This document shows positions 25,681-37,900 of a DNA stretch of 64,000 nucleotides, one piece after another. Both the position numbers and the translations under genes were made by a program. The notes under the pieces are model-generated. The model saw only the letters and a program-made list of their open reading frames with translations. It was not told where the DNA came from and ran no database searches. This stretch comes from Ptychomitrium polyphyllum (lineage: Eukaryota), in the NCBI GenBank assembly GCA_973851085.1, contig OZ316775.1:12338001-12402000 (forward strand), in the 5' to 3' direction. Each line of letters begins with the position of its first letter. The first letter of the stretch is position 1.

Positions 25681-27532
25681 ATTTTATTAATCCAATATAT
25701 TTTTTAATTTTGAGATTGTTGACGTGAGCCATTTGATTGAAATGATACCATTAGCATGGTATCTGCACGTTAACTATACATATCTAATATACTAAACTAC
25801 TATCGAGGACTTATAATAAACTCAAAATACAAAAGACTAGATTTTATATCATATATTTGACTAAAAAACTTATGTTTTAGGAATTTTTTTTTCTTTTGCT
25901 TAAAAGCCCAAGAATCAAGAATCTTCATGCTTATGCAATTTTTCTATGCCACTATTTTTTGTGTAGCTTTTTTTAATTTGGCTAGAATTGTTGATGGAAC
26001 TCACAAATAATTATTGGAAAATTGGCAAGATCATTAAATGGCTCTTAGGTGTGTTCACCAATATCATATTTCCGCCAGTGGACCAAACATTCCAACTTTC
26101 CACATCTTATTTATGAATCAAACACTTATTCTACTTCAAATTCAAGATGATTGTCAATTTGAGCGTTTATTAGGTGGTAATTGTCTTTGTCTAATGGTAG
26201 TTAATTTGTTGTAGGCTTCTCAAAGTGAAAAATGGAAGATTAAATGTACCTATATTGATGCTGTCACGGACATAGATCATGCAACATAGTCCTTAGAACA
26301 TTCTAGAACCTTCTAGTATACTATAATAGCTTCTTAGAATACTTTTAAATGTTTCCATAGCCTTTCAATGTTTTTAGGAGGCTTCCTAGGAAAGTTCCTC
26401 TACTTTAAAAAACTTCCTAGGAAGGCTCTATCACCTTAAGTAACTTCCTACAAAACTTCCTACAAAGATTCCATCACCTTAAGAAATTTTCTAAGAAGGT
26501 TCTACATCTTCAGGAAACTTCCTAAGAAGATTCCGCTACCTTAGAAAACTTCCAAGGAAGGTTCCAACTCCTTGGAAGCTTCTCAGGAAGGTTCCAACCT
26601 CTTAGGAAACTTCTTGAGAAGGTTCCCTAGACTTCCAGAACATTCCTAAGCCTTGTAGGAAGCTTCTTTAGAAGTATCCTAAGGAGATACAAACGTCATA
26701 GTATAAATAGGAGGCAAGACAAGCTATTCCTTAGTCTTGCCAACACAAGTTGTGGATCATCTTGAATCCTGCCTTGTTCTAGTTTTGTATCAAATTCTTG
26801 TTAATCATTAGCTCTTTAGAAGCTAATTCTTGGAAAACACTTCGTTTCTGCTTCTTGTTTCATATGTCCCTAACAGTTTGGTAAGACTACTGTTCATCTC
26901 TGTCAGAGCTAAGGTTCTTTGAAGAAGATTGTGGATTACCCATCTTCTATAGGATTCCATAATGTCTTAGAGGTTGCGGATTATCCTCCTCTAAGCTGGC
27001 ACCATAGAGTTGGTTTCTCCTTCTAAAACCAAGTATTACTTCTTTCAAAGCACGTGGATTTTTCTCCTTTGAAGGTACTCATACTCTTTCTGTCTTTGAG
27101 AGTCTTAAAAAATGGATAACGTGCCTGAAACATCAGAGAATAGGTTTGCAACTATTGCAGAGCTTCAAGAATTATGATACATAGTTCAAACAGAACTCGC
27201 CCGTTTTAATACCACCAACAATTTGGAGCAACACACTCGGCAAGCTGAAGAATCCAATGGTGATATTCAAAGCCTATATCAAGAGGTTGTTCGATTGCGA
27301 GAGGCCAATATTGGAAGGGAAGGCTTACGTCAAACCCATGCAGAGCCAAAGATTAGCATGCCAGACGAGTATAATGGATCAAGATCAAAATTGAGAGGCT
27401 TTGTTCAACAAGTAAGGCTCTTCCTTAATTTGCATCAATCTTGCTATCCTGATGGGACAATTCAAGTGGGATTTGTGGCCACTCTTTTATCAAACAATGC
27501 ACTATTGTGGTTTGCACCACTAAAGCAGAAGC

Positions 27533-28677
27533 TGTCGCGCACCTCTCATTGAAGAATGCCCACAACACTAAGGACACAAAGAGGACCTTAGAGTGACGTC
27601 TGGAACTTGTGGCGCTGATAATGAGGGGAACCAAGTGGGCCTAGTGTGAGAAAAATCACTAGAAGGAGAAACATCCTAGCCCATGTAGACCAAGGGCCAC
27701 AAGGAATAAATCATAGGCATTGGAGGAATCACAAAGAGCTGATTCTAGAATGCTAAAGATTGCTCAAATCAAACAAGGGAGCTAAAAGTTATGGCATCCC
27801 AAAGTTGGGGCTGCCAAGGGGCTCTTCTGGACTGTGGCAGCCCTACATAGTGACTGTACTAGACTAGGACAGCCCAGGGAGAGACTCCCCGGGAGTCCCT
27901 AACCTTGGAAGAGGCATATCTCCCACAATACAAACTCAAATCGGACGTTTGAGGAGTCTATCGACATCTCCTTGAGGAATAGACGACAATAGAATGGTTT
28001 CTTGATAGATTCAAGAACCGAACATGGAAGATATGGCTCCCTGAAGGTCCGCAAGGAGTTACGGAGGCTTCCAACGGCTAAGTCCCAAGGGAGATCGGGT
28101 GGTGCTCTAAAACTTTGGGTGTGTCGAGGTTCAGCTAGCTACGGAGGGTCAGGGGGCCTGCCAAATCCTACAAAGAGTACTATACGGGAGGGCTGGTCCC
28201 CCTCCCCACTCCCCTAGTGTCCCTGTAAAAACCAAGAGTGAGTCCCGGTTGGTGCAGCTAGTATTGGGGCTTCACCACGGGGACTCCCACACCATTGTGA
28301 GCCGGTGGATGGCCGGTTTCACGGAAGGAACTAGTGAGATCAAGAGGGCATGCTTATTACCACTAAGTTGGGGTGGTGTCTTCACGTTGGCTCTATGTTG
28401 GCTCGAGGTGATCTTAGGATCACATGGGGATCATGAGTGGTGGTGAGGAGACACCACTACGTGCGGTTAGGCTGTGTGGAATGGGAATAACACCAAGTGA
28501 GGCTTTGGACATGAATGGAAGTCTACACCTAAACATTGGCTATCAATCAATTGGATGTCCTAAGAGAAATGGTAGAGGGACTTGGAGAGTGAGAAGGGGG
28601 GTTAACCATGTGCATGTGGGGGTGTACAGGGTTGATATGCGTGACGCTTGCTAAGGTGCATTGCAAGGGTTGCGACA
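27533..28677 (+). mobile_element. Family B solo LTR (1145 bp) inserted in gag of A1
   Basis: TGTCGCG...TGCGACA termini. 5-bp TSD GAAGC at 27528-27532 and 28678-28682. Confidence 0.95.
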
Positions 28678-31600
28678 GAAGCAGTCACCATTATTGAACA
28701 ACTTAGATGCTTTTATAGAAGCATTGACATCTACTTTTGGAGACACCGACCGAGAGAGGGTGGCTGAGACAAGGATCTAGGGTCTCCAACAATGGCAGCG
28801 CTCAGCTGCTACATATGCTGCAGAGTTTCGACAATTAGCTTGCGACCTTGATTGGAATGATAAAGCCTTGGTCACACGATTCCGATGGAGCTTAAGAGAG
28901 AACGTAAAGGACTTGCTACTCACAAAGCCAAGAATTGAAACATTGGACGAATTCATCACTCAAGCAATAGCATGTGACGACAGACTATTTGAGAGGCGCC
29001 AAGAACAACGCTTGGAATGGCGACCAGTACATCAAAACATGGCTACCACTTCTTCAAGAATATTGGAAAATCGACCACAAGAACCAGAACCTATGCAAAT
29101 TGATGCTGCCCAGTTTAGACGTTTGACTCCAAAAGAAAAGAAAAGGCGTCAAAGAGAAAACCTATGTTTGTATTGTGGCAAGTCTGGACATAAAATGCGC
29201 AATTGCCAAATCAAAAGATTTGCCTTCAAGGCTCAAAGCACAATGGTGGAGTTGGAAAACAAGGCTGTCTAGTCACAGTAGGGACCATGCAACTAGACAC
29301 CATAAGGAAACGACCATCAAATCAAGGTCTCTTTCTACCTTCAAACCCTACCTCTTGTTTTATATTTCCTATCAAAATTAAGTTATTAGATGATGAAATA
29401 ATTAGTGAGGCTCTTTTAGACATTGGTGCAACAATATGTTTCATGGACAAGGATTTTGCAACCAAACATCACATGGTGCTTATGAACAAAAAATATCCCA
29501 CACTTGTTGAAGTTATTGATGAATGATCTCTTGCGTCTGGCAAACGTTATTGAAGAAGCTCAACTCCAAGAGGTTGTTTTAGGAGGTCAGGCATCTAAGA
29601 TTGTCTTCAACATCATTAAATGCCAAACAAATCCTATTGTTTTTGGCCTTCTTTGGTTTAAATTACATAGTCCAGACATTGACTGGCGCTCACAAAGTGT
29701 GGTCTCAAAGAAAAGACGTCAAAATACAAGAAATCTTGGGCCATCATTTATTGGAGCTAAGGCATTTATGAGAGCGGCAAAAGATGAACCAATCTATGCC
29801 GTTTATGCCACACTAATGTCTAGCTCTACAATAGAGACTAATCAAAACATACCTCGTCAATATCAAGATTATAAAGACCTTTTTGAAAAGAAGAATGCGG
29901 ACATGTTACCAAAGCACCGGCCTTACAATTGTACCATTGAGTTGCAAGAAGGAGCCCAACCACCCTTTGGACCTATTTATAACTTATCACAAACTGAGTT
30001 GGCTGCCTTGAGAGAATATATTGATGAAAACCTTGGAAAGGGTTTCATTCAATACTCTAAATCACCTGCTGGAGTACCCATTCTATTTGTAAAGAAGAAA
30101 GATGGATCATTACGTATGTGCGTGGACTATCAAGGCCTCAATAAAGTAACAAAAAAGAATCGCTATCCATTACCATTAATCTCAGGACTCCTACAACAAC
30201 TTGGCCAAGCAAAGATAATCACCAAAATTGATGTTAGAGGATCCTACAATCTTGTATGCATCAAAGAAAGAGACGAATGGAAGTCAATTTTTTGATCTCG
30301 ATATGGTCATTTTGAATACAATGTCATGCCTTTTGGCCTAACTGATGCTCCCGCAATCTTCCAACATATGATGAATGATATCTTCCATGAATATCTGAAC
30401 GAATTTATAGTCATCTACTTAGATGACATTCTGATATATTCAAAGGATGAACAAGACCACGAATGTCATGTGCAAATGGTCTTAGAGAAACTACACCATC
30501 GAGGATTATATGTAAGATTGGAGAAGTGCCTTTTTTTTGAATCCGCGGTTGAATTTTTAGGCTACATCATTTCCAAATGAGGAATCCATATGGATAAGAA
30601 AAAAATAAGCACTGTCACGAAGTGGAGTACGCCAAAATCAATTCGAGATGTTCAATGCTTCTTGGGATTTGCAAATTTCTATAGAATATTCATCAAGAAT
30701 TATTCCAAGATTGCGGCACCATTAACACGTCTTACGGGGAAGCAAAATTTCATTTGGAATGAAGAGGCGGAAAAAGCATTTCAAAGTCTTAAGAAGTCAT
30801 TCACGTCGGCTCCAATTCTAATTCATCCAAATCCATCAAAGCCTTTTTATTTGGAAGCGGATGCCTCAGATTTTGCGCTTGGCTCAATACTCTCACAATA
30901 TGATCAAGATGAGAAACTTCACCTTCTTGCCTTTCGTTCAAGGAAGTTTTATTTGGCAGATATCAACTATGATATACATGATAAAGAACCACCTGCAATT
31001 GTGGATGCGTTCGAAGAATGGCCACACTTATTGGAAGGAGCTCAACATACCATCACAATATACACAGACCACAAAAACTTGGAGTATTTCATGAGTGCGC
31101 GCGTTTTGAATCGCCGTCAAGCAAGGTAGAGTATGTTGCTTTCCAAATTTGACTTTGTCATTACCTATCGATCTGGTAGCTTGCAAGGTATGCCAGATGC
31201 CTTATTTTGAAGATCTTATTTAGCTCTTCAATCTGGAGATGATGTTTTTGTTTCAAATATAAAGAAGTGCCTCAAACACAATGGAGGTCTTTCAAATAAC
31301 GATGAGGATTTTGAATTTCAAGAGGGCCTACTTTATTATAAAAGACTTTTGTACCTACCTCCGGGCCTTTTGCGGTTGAAGATCCTTCAAGCACGTCATG
31401 ATTTTCCCGCAGCAGGATATTTTGGATTCAATAAAACAATGGAATTGATTGCTAGAGACTATTGGTGGCCACAAATGTGGAAGTACGTGAAGGACTTTAT
31501 TCGATTATGCGACACTTGTGCAAGAGCCAAGGTACCAAGGCACCAACCTCATGGTCTCCTCCATCCGCTTCCAGTGCCAAGGGGCGCATGGTTGTCTTTA

Positions 31601-32341
31601 TCAATGGATTTTATCACGGACCTTCTAAATTCCGATTCTAAAGATTCTATTTTGGTAGTGGTGGATCGATTTACCAAAATGGCACTTTTCATTCCATACA
31701 ACAAGACGGTAACTGGAAAACAAACTGCCAAGTTGTTCCTAAATCACGTCTACCGCATACATGGACTATCAGATGATATTGTATCCAATTGGGGGCCGCA
31801 GTTCATTTCCAACTTTTGGAGGGCTCTATTCCAACTGTTGCGTGTAAAGATTAATCTTTCTTCAGCACACCATCTACAAACTGATGGCCAAACCAAACGT
31901 GTGAATCAAATTTTGGAGCAGTACCTTTGTTGTAGCATAAACTACCAGCAAGACAACTGGATGGATCTCTTGCCTTTGGCAGAATTTGCTTATAACAATA
32001 TGGTGCACTCTTCAACAAGTCAAAGTCCATTCTTTGCAAACTATGGCTATCATCTTCGAACAGATCCATTTCAAGTGAAGCATGTTGAAAGTCCTGCAGT
32101 AGAGGATTTTGCAATTCAACTTGCTAAAATCCATCAAGAAATTACCTTCCAGTTACAAGATGCTCAAGATCGTTACAGAACTTATGCAAATTGCCATCGA
32201 AAGGACCATCCAAAGTTCAAGGTTGGAGATAGCGTATGGCTCCTACAACAAAATATACAAACAAAAAGACCATCAAAGAAGTTGGACTATCATAGGCTGG
32301 GACCGTTTGAAATCAGCAAACAAATAAATCCGGTTAGTTTT

Positions 32342-32955
32342 TGTTAGAGATACAAGAAATAAGGAGCAGAAACAAAGGGTTTTCCAAGAATTAGCTTCCA
32401 AAGAGCTAATGATTAACAAGAACTTGATACAAAGACTAGAACAAGGCAGGATTCAAGATGATCCACAACTTGTGTTGGCAAGACTAAGGAATACCTTGTC
32501 TTGCCTCCTATTTATACTATGACGTTTGTATCTCCTAAAATAATTCTGAAGAAACTTCCTACAAGGCTTAAGAATGTTTTGGAAGTCTAAGGAACCTTCC
32601 CAAGAAGTTTCCTAAGATGTTGGAACCTTCCTAAGAAGCTTCTAAGGAATTGGAACCTTCCTTTGAAGATTCTAAAGATAAGGGAACCTTCTTAGGAAGT
32701 TTCGTAAAGAAGTAGAATCTTCCTAGGAAGTTTCATAAGGTGATGAAATCTTTGTAGGAAGTTTTGTAGGAAGTTAATTAAGATGATAGAACTTTCCTAG
32801 GAAGTTTCTTCATGTGCAAGAATTTTCCTAAGAAGCTTCCTAAAAACATGGAAAGGCTATGGAAATATTTAAATGTATTTTAAGAAGCTATTATGGTATA
32901 CTAAAAAAATCTAGAATGTTCTAAGGACTATGTTGCATGATCTATGTCCGTGACT
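32342..32955 (-). mobile_element. Family A solo LTR (614 bp) inserted antisense in the integrase of A1
   Basis: Reverse complement of the A LTR. TSD GTTTT at 32337-32341 and 32956-32960. The host reading PVSF|CLK resumes after it. Confidence 0.93.
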
Positions 32956-34567
32956 GTTTTTGCCTGAAGCTAGCACCAAGCATGCAAATTCATCCAGTAT
33001 TTTACGTATCATTATTGGAAACCTATACAAATCATATATACCAAAGAGAATTGTCCCTCCACCTCCTCCGTTGGAAATCAATAATGTAATTGAATATGAA
33101 GTGGAAGAAATCTTAGATTCACGCATGAAGAACGGACGTGTGGAGTACCTTATTCATTGGCAAGGATATGGCATCAATGACCGAACATGGGAACCTTCAA
33201 CGAATGTAACAAATGCATCGGAGAAGGTACTCGAATTTCATCAAAGATATCTTTAGAAACCAGGTCAGTGATGATGTGTCATCAGCAGCCGTTTGCTTCA
33301 TATAGAAGTTTTTCTTTCATAGACAAGTATAAGAAGGGAAGAGAGATATCCAAACCTCCAATTGTATGGAGCATTATTTCCAAGATAGATCATTTCCAGA
33401 TCCTAGCTAGTATGTCAAATCTTCGTGTTATCATGGATATGCATAAAGAGCAGTTGGCCATGCTTTCATCAATAACAACATCTGTTGAGCCAACTCAACT
33501 TTCTCAGCCCTTGGTAACGGAGGATCTAAGCCAAGATATGAGAGGAACATTCCAACGTCAAGTACGACCTTGTGCAAAAATATTGACTAGTCGCTTTTCA
33601 CATTCCAGTCTTGATTCAGATGCTCGCGCTCTAGTCATCTTATTAGAAATTGGAAGAGTCACTCCTGGAAGACCCAAAATCTTGTTTGGAGGATGTTTTG
33701 AAGGACTTAATCAAGATCAGATCTTAGGATGGAACATATCAACAATAGAAGTCTTAGCTAGTAGCCATTGGCGCTAATTGAAAGGACCAGTTGAACCAGT
33801 GAATAAAAAACAACGAGCAGACTATGTTGCTTCACTACTTCAAAAGTATTTGGAATTTGTAGAAATGTAACAAATAAGCCAAGAAAAGAGCACCTCATAA
33901 GACTCGTTGCTAAATGGGGAGGTGATGTCACAAACATAGATCATGCAATATATTTCTTAGAACATTCTAGAACCTTCTAGTATATTATAAAAGTCTCTTA
34001 GAAAACTTTTAAATGTCTCCATAGCCGTTCTATGTTCTTAGGAAGCTTCCTAGAAAAGTTCTTCCACCTTAGGAAATTTCCTAAGAAGGCTCTATCATCT
34101 TAAGTAAGTTCCTACAAAACTTCCTACAAAGATTCCATCACCTTAGGAAATTTCTAAGAAGGTTCTACCTCTTTAGGACACTTTTTAAGAAGGTTCTACC
34201 TTTTTCAGAAACTTTCTAAGAAGGTTCCCTTGCCTTAAGAAACTTCCAAACAAGGTTCCAACTCCTAAGAAGCTTCTCAGAAGGTTCCAAACTTTGATAA
34301 ACTTCTTGGGAAGGTTCCCTAGACTTCCTGAACATTCCTAAGCTTTGAAGGAAGCTTCTTTAGAAGTATCCTAAGGAGATACAAACGTTATAGTATAAAT
34401 AGGAGGCAAGACAAGCTATTCCTTAGTCTTGCCAACACAAGTTGTGGATCATCTTGAATCCTGCCTTGTTCTAGTTTTGTATCAAATTCTTGTTAATCAT
34501 TAGCTCTTTGGAAGCTAATTCTTGGAAAACACTTCGTTTCTGCTTCTTGTTTCATATGTCCCTAACA

Positions 34568-34930
34568 GCTTGGCAAGACTACTGTTCATCTCTATCAGAG
34601 CTAAGGTTCTTTGAAGAAGATTGTGGATTATCCATCTTATTTAGGATTCCATAACGTCTTAGAGGTTGCGGATTATCCTCCTCTAAGCTGGCACCATAGA
34701 GTTGGTTTCTCCTTCTAGAACCAAGTATTACTTCTTTCAAAGGATGTGGATTTTCTTCCTTTGAAGGTACTCATAGTCTTTTTGTCTTTGAGAATCTTAA
34801 AAAATAGATAATGTGCTAGGAACATTATTAAAGGTTTGCAACTATTGCAGAGCTTCAAGAATTATGATACATAGTTCGAACAGAACTTGCTCGTTTCATC
34901 ACCATCAATAATTTCGAATAATATACTCTA
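34568..34930 (+). mobile_element. Family A leader and start of gag (copy A3), directly after the A1 3' LTR
   Basis: GCTTGGCAAGACT PBS, then sequence homologous to 26876-27240. Truncated by a family B LTR. Confidence 0.85.
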
Positions 34931-37900
34931 TGTTGCGCACCTCTCTTTGATGACTGCCTGCAACTTTAAGGGCACAAAGAGGACCCCAGAGTGACATTTG
35001 GGACTTGTGGCACCAATAGAGACGAGAACCAAGTGAGCTTAGCTTGGGAAGGATCCCTAAGGGGAGAAACATCCTTGCCTATGTAGACCAAGGGCCACAA
35101 GGAATAAATCATAGGCATTGGAGGAATCACAAAGAGCTGATTCTAGAATGCTAAAGATTGCTCAAATCAAACAAGGGAGCTAAAAGTTATGGCATCCCAA
35201 AGTTGGGGCTGCCAAGGGGCTCTTCTGGACTGTGGCAGCCCTACATAGTGACTGTACTAGACGAGGACAGCCCAGGGAGAGACTCCCCGGGAGTCCCTAA
35301 CCTTGGAAGAGGCATATCTCCCACAATACAAACTCAAATCGGACGTTTGAGGAGTCTATCGACATCTCCTTGAGGAATAGACGACAATAGAATGGTTTCT
35401 TGATAGATTCAAGAACCGAACATGGAAGATATGGCTCCCTGAAGGTCCGCAAGGAGTTACGGAGGCTTCCAACGGCTAAGTCCCAAGGGAGATCGGGTGG
35501 TGCTCTAAAACTTTGGGTGTGTCGAGGTTCAGCTAGCTACGGAGGGTCAGGGGGCCTGCCAAATCCTACAAAGAGTACTATACGGGAGGGCTGGTCCCCC
35601 TCCCCACTCCCCTAGTGTCCCTGTAAAAACCAAGAGTGAGTTCCGGTTGGTGCAGCTAGTATTGGGGCTTCACCACGGGGACTCCCACACCATTGTGAGC
35701 CGGTGGATGGCCGGTTTCACGGAAGGAACTAGTGAGATCAAGAGGGCATGCTTATTACCACTAAGTTGGGGTGGTGTCTTCACGTTGGCTCTATGTTGGC
35801 TCGAGGTGATCTTAGGATCACATGGAGATCATGAGTGGTGGTGAGGAGACACCACTACGTGCGGTTAGGCTGTGTGGAATGGAAATAACACCAAGTGAGG
35901 CTTTGGACATGAATGGAAGTCTACACCTAAACATTGGCTATCAATCAATTGGATGTCCTAAGAGAAATGGTAGAGGGACTTGGAGAGTGAGAAGGGGGGT
36001 TAACCATGTGCATGTGGGGGTGTCAGGGTTGACGCGCGTGACGCTTGCTAAGGTGCATTACAAGAATCGCAATATTTGGTATCAGAAGAGGCTTTGAATC
36101 TCCGAGTGCTACGTTGCGAAGAGGCTATGGATAAGAAGAAGGCTGGTGATGGCAAAGGGTCCGGGGCCTCTAAACAACTACGCACAAGGGTGATCAAAGA
36201 CCCCGATCCGATTAATGAGGCTCCATCCTTTGGTTCCAATGAGCAAAGGAATGACATTGGAGTCATCAAGGAAGTTGAGGAAATTCAATAAGACGAAGCG
36301 TTGGAGGGTGGAGAGTACTCAAGAGCTAGGATTCTTGAACCACCTGAAGGCCTAAAAAGTCAGGACCCTGACTTAAGTTTTCACATGAAAATGCTTAAGT
36401 TCATGGACGGTGTGAACCAAGAACTCAAGCGTGGGAAAGAAGAAAGGGCCCATTAAGAAAGGTTGATTGAGCACTTGATGGCACAAGGTTCCAGGCCCTC
36501 ATCATCAACCAAGAAGTTGGCCAAGGTAAACATGCCAAGTACTTTTTCTGGGCTTAGTAAAGCAAGGAAGGTGAAGGAGTTTTTTTTAAAAATAGACAAC
36601 TATTATGATGTTCAAAAGCCAGACGAGGGGGATAAGGTTTTTTAATTGCGGTTATCTTTTTAAAGGACCATGCACTTCAATGGTGGATAAGTAAAATAGA
36701 GCAAGAGCCGAAGTTGGTGGCAACTTTGTCTTGGGGCAATTTTAAAGAGATTTTGAGTGAACGCTTCACTCCGGAATACCAAGAGTTGAGGGAGGGCATG
36801 AACTTGGTGCAAATGAGGCACACTGGGTCACTCAAGACTTATGTGCGAGATTTCAACGCCCAAATGAATGCCACATTTAAAATAGATGAGTTTTCAAAGA
36901 AATGCATCTTTTTGGGTGGACTTCAAAAGTGGGTGGTGGACGCCTTGTTTAAATTTCCAAAGCTTCCAGAGGATGTAGCAGGAATCATTAAGATTGCGGA
37001 AAGAATTGAAGCCGTCGGTCCCGAAAGAAAATCAACTGGTACCTCTTACTAAAGTGGATTGAGCCGAAATGTATCTTGCGGCAGAGAATACAAAGAATTT
37101 GGCTTTGGAAACAAACACAAGGGACAAGTAGATGGAAGGGCCTACAACAAAGTGGACCATCATGAGAAAAAACCATTCAAATTGGGAGATAAGGGTGCTG
37201 AGGTGAAGCACAAGCGTTGCCATGGGTGTGGCAAGATTGGTCACTTCATTGTGGAGTACCCTAATAAAAAGGTGAGTACCAAAACTTGTCACACTTGTGT
37301 TGTAAATCACATTTTAGAAGGTGAATTTGTGGCCAATGCTAGTAGTCTTAAGCTAAGGTCGAGCCTCTTATACCTTGAGGCCCAAATAAATGGCAAAAAT
37401 GTCTCATATTTGATTGACACATGGGCAACGCACTCCTTCATGAATCCCAAGCTAGCAAGGGAGTTGGACTTGTCGGCTCAAAAAGCTAGCAAGCCCATCA
37501 ACGTGCGATTTGCAAAAGGCAAACCGTACAAGACGAAGGAGATGGTGTTGGATGTGGCCTTAAGTAGTGGGACATTGGAGTTGAAGGAAAGTTTTACACT
37601 ATGTGAGATGGATGAGGTAGACCTCATTTCAGGTGATACCTTTTTCAAAACTCATGTGGTGGATGTGAAGCAAAAGCCAGCACGATTAGTAGTGCACTGT
37701 GGTGGGAAGGAGGCAATATTGAAGTTGACTCGGACTCCTATGGCTGCGAGAGGCAAGTTGAACTTAGTCTCCTTAGAACAATTAGTGAATAATCAATTTG
37801 TGGTTGTGATGCAAATGGAACAAAAAGAGGGGAATAGGCCAAGTGCCAAGGAGGTTAGGATTATTCCCAAGTGCATTCAAAATGTACTAAGTGGTTACAA

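Larger units (their letters stand above)
26262..34567 (+). mobile_element. Family A Ty3/gypsy chromovirus, copy A1 (defective). 5' LTR 26262-26875; gag, PR, RT, RH, INT, chromodomain; extra ORF; PPT; LTR 33926-34567
   Basis: TG...CA LTRs. CCHC knuckle CLYCGKSGHKMRNC, protease LLDIGA, RT YLDD, RNase H EADASD, integrase and chromodomain [35 protein letters not shown]. Many stops and frameshifts, and two nested solo LTRs. Confidence 0.95.

Noticed and set aside
28002..28654. Short ORFs (71, 65, 76 aa) recurring three times as a gene family
   Set aside because: They lie inside the family B LTR and recur only because those LTR copies are near-identical. They are not intact in the diverged LTR copies.
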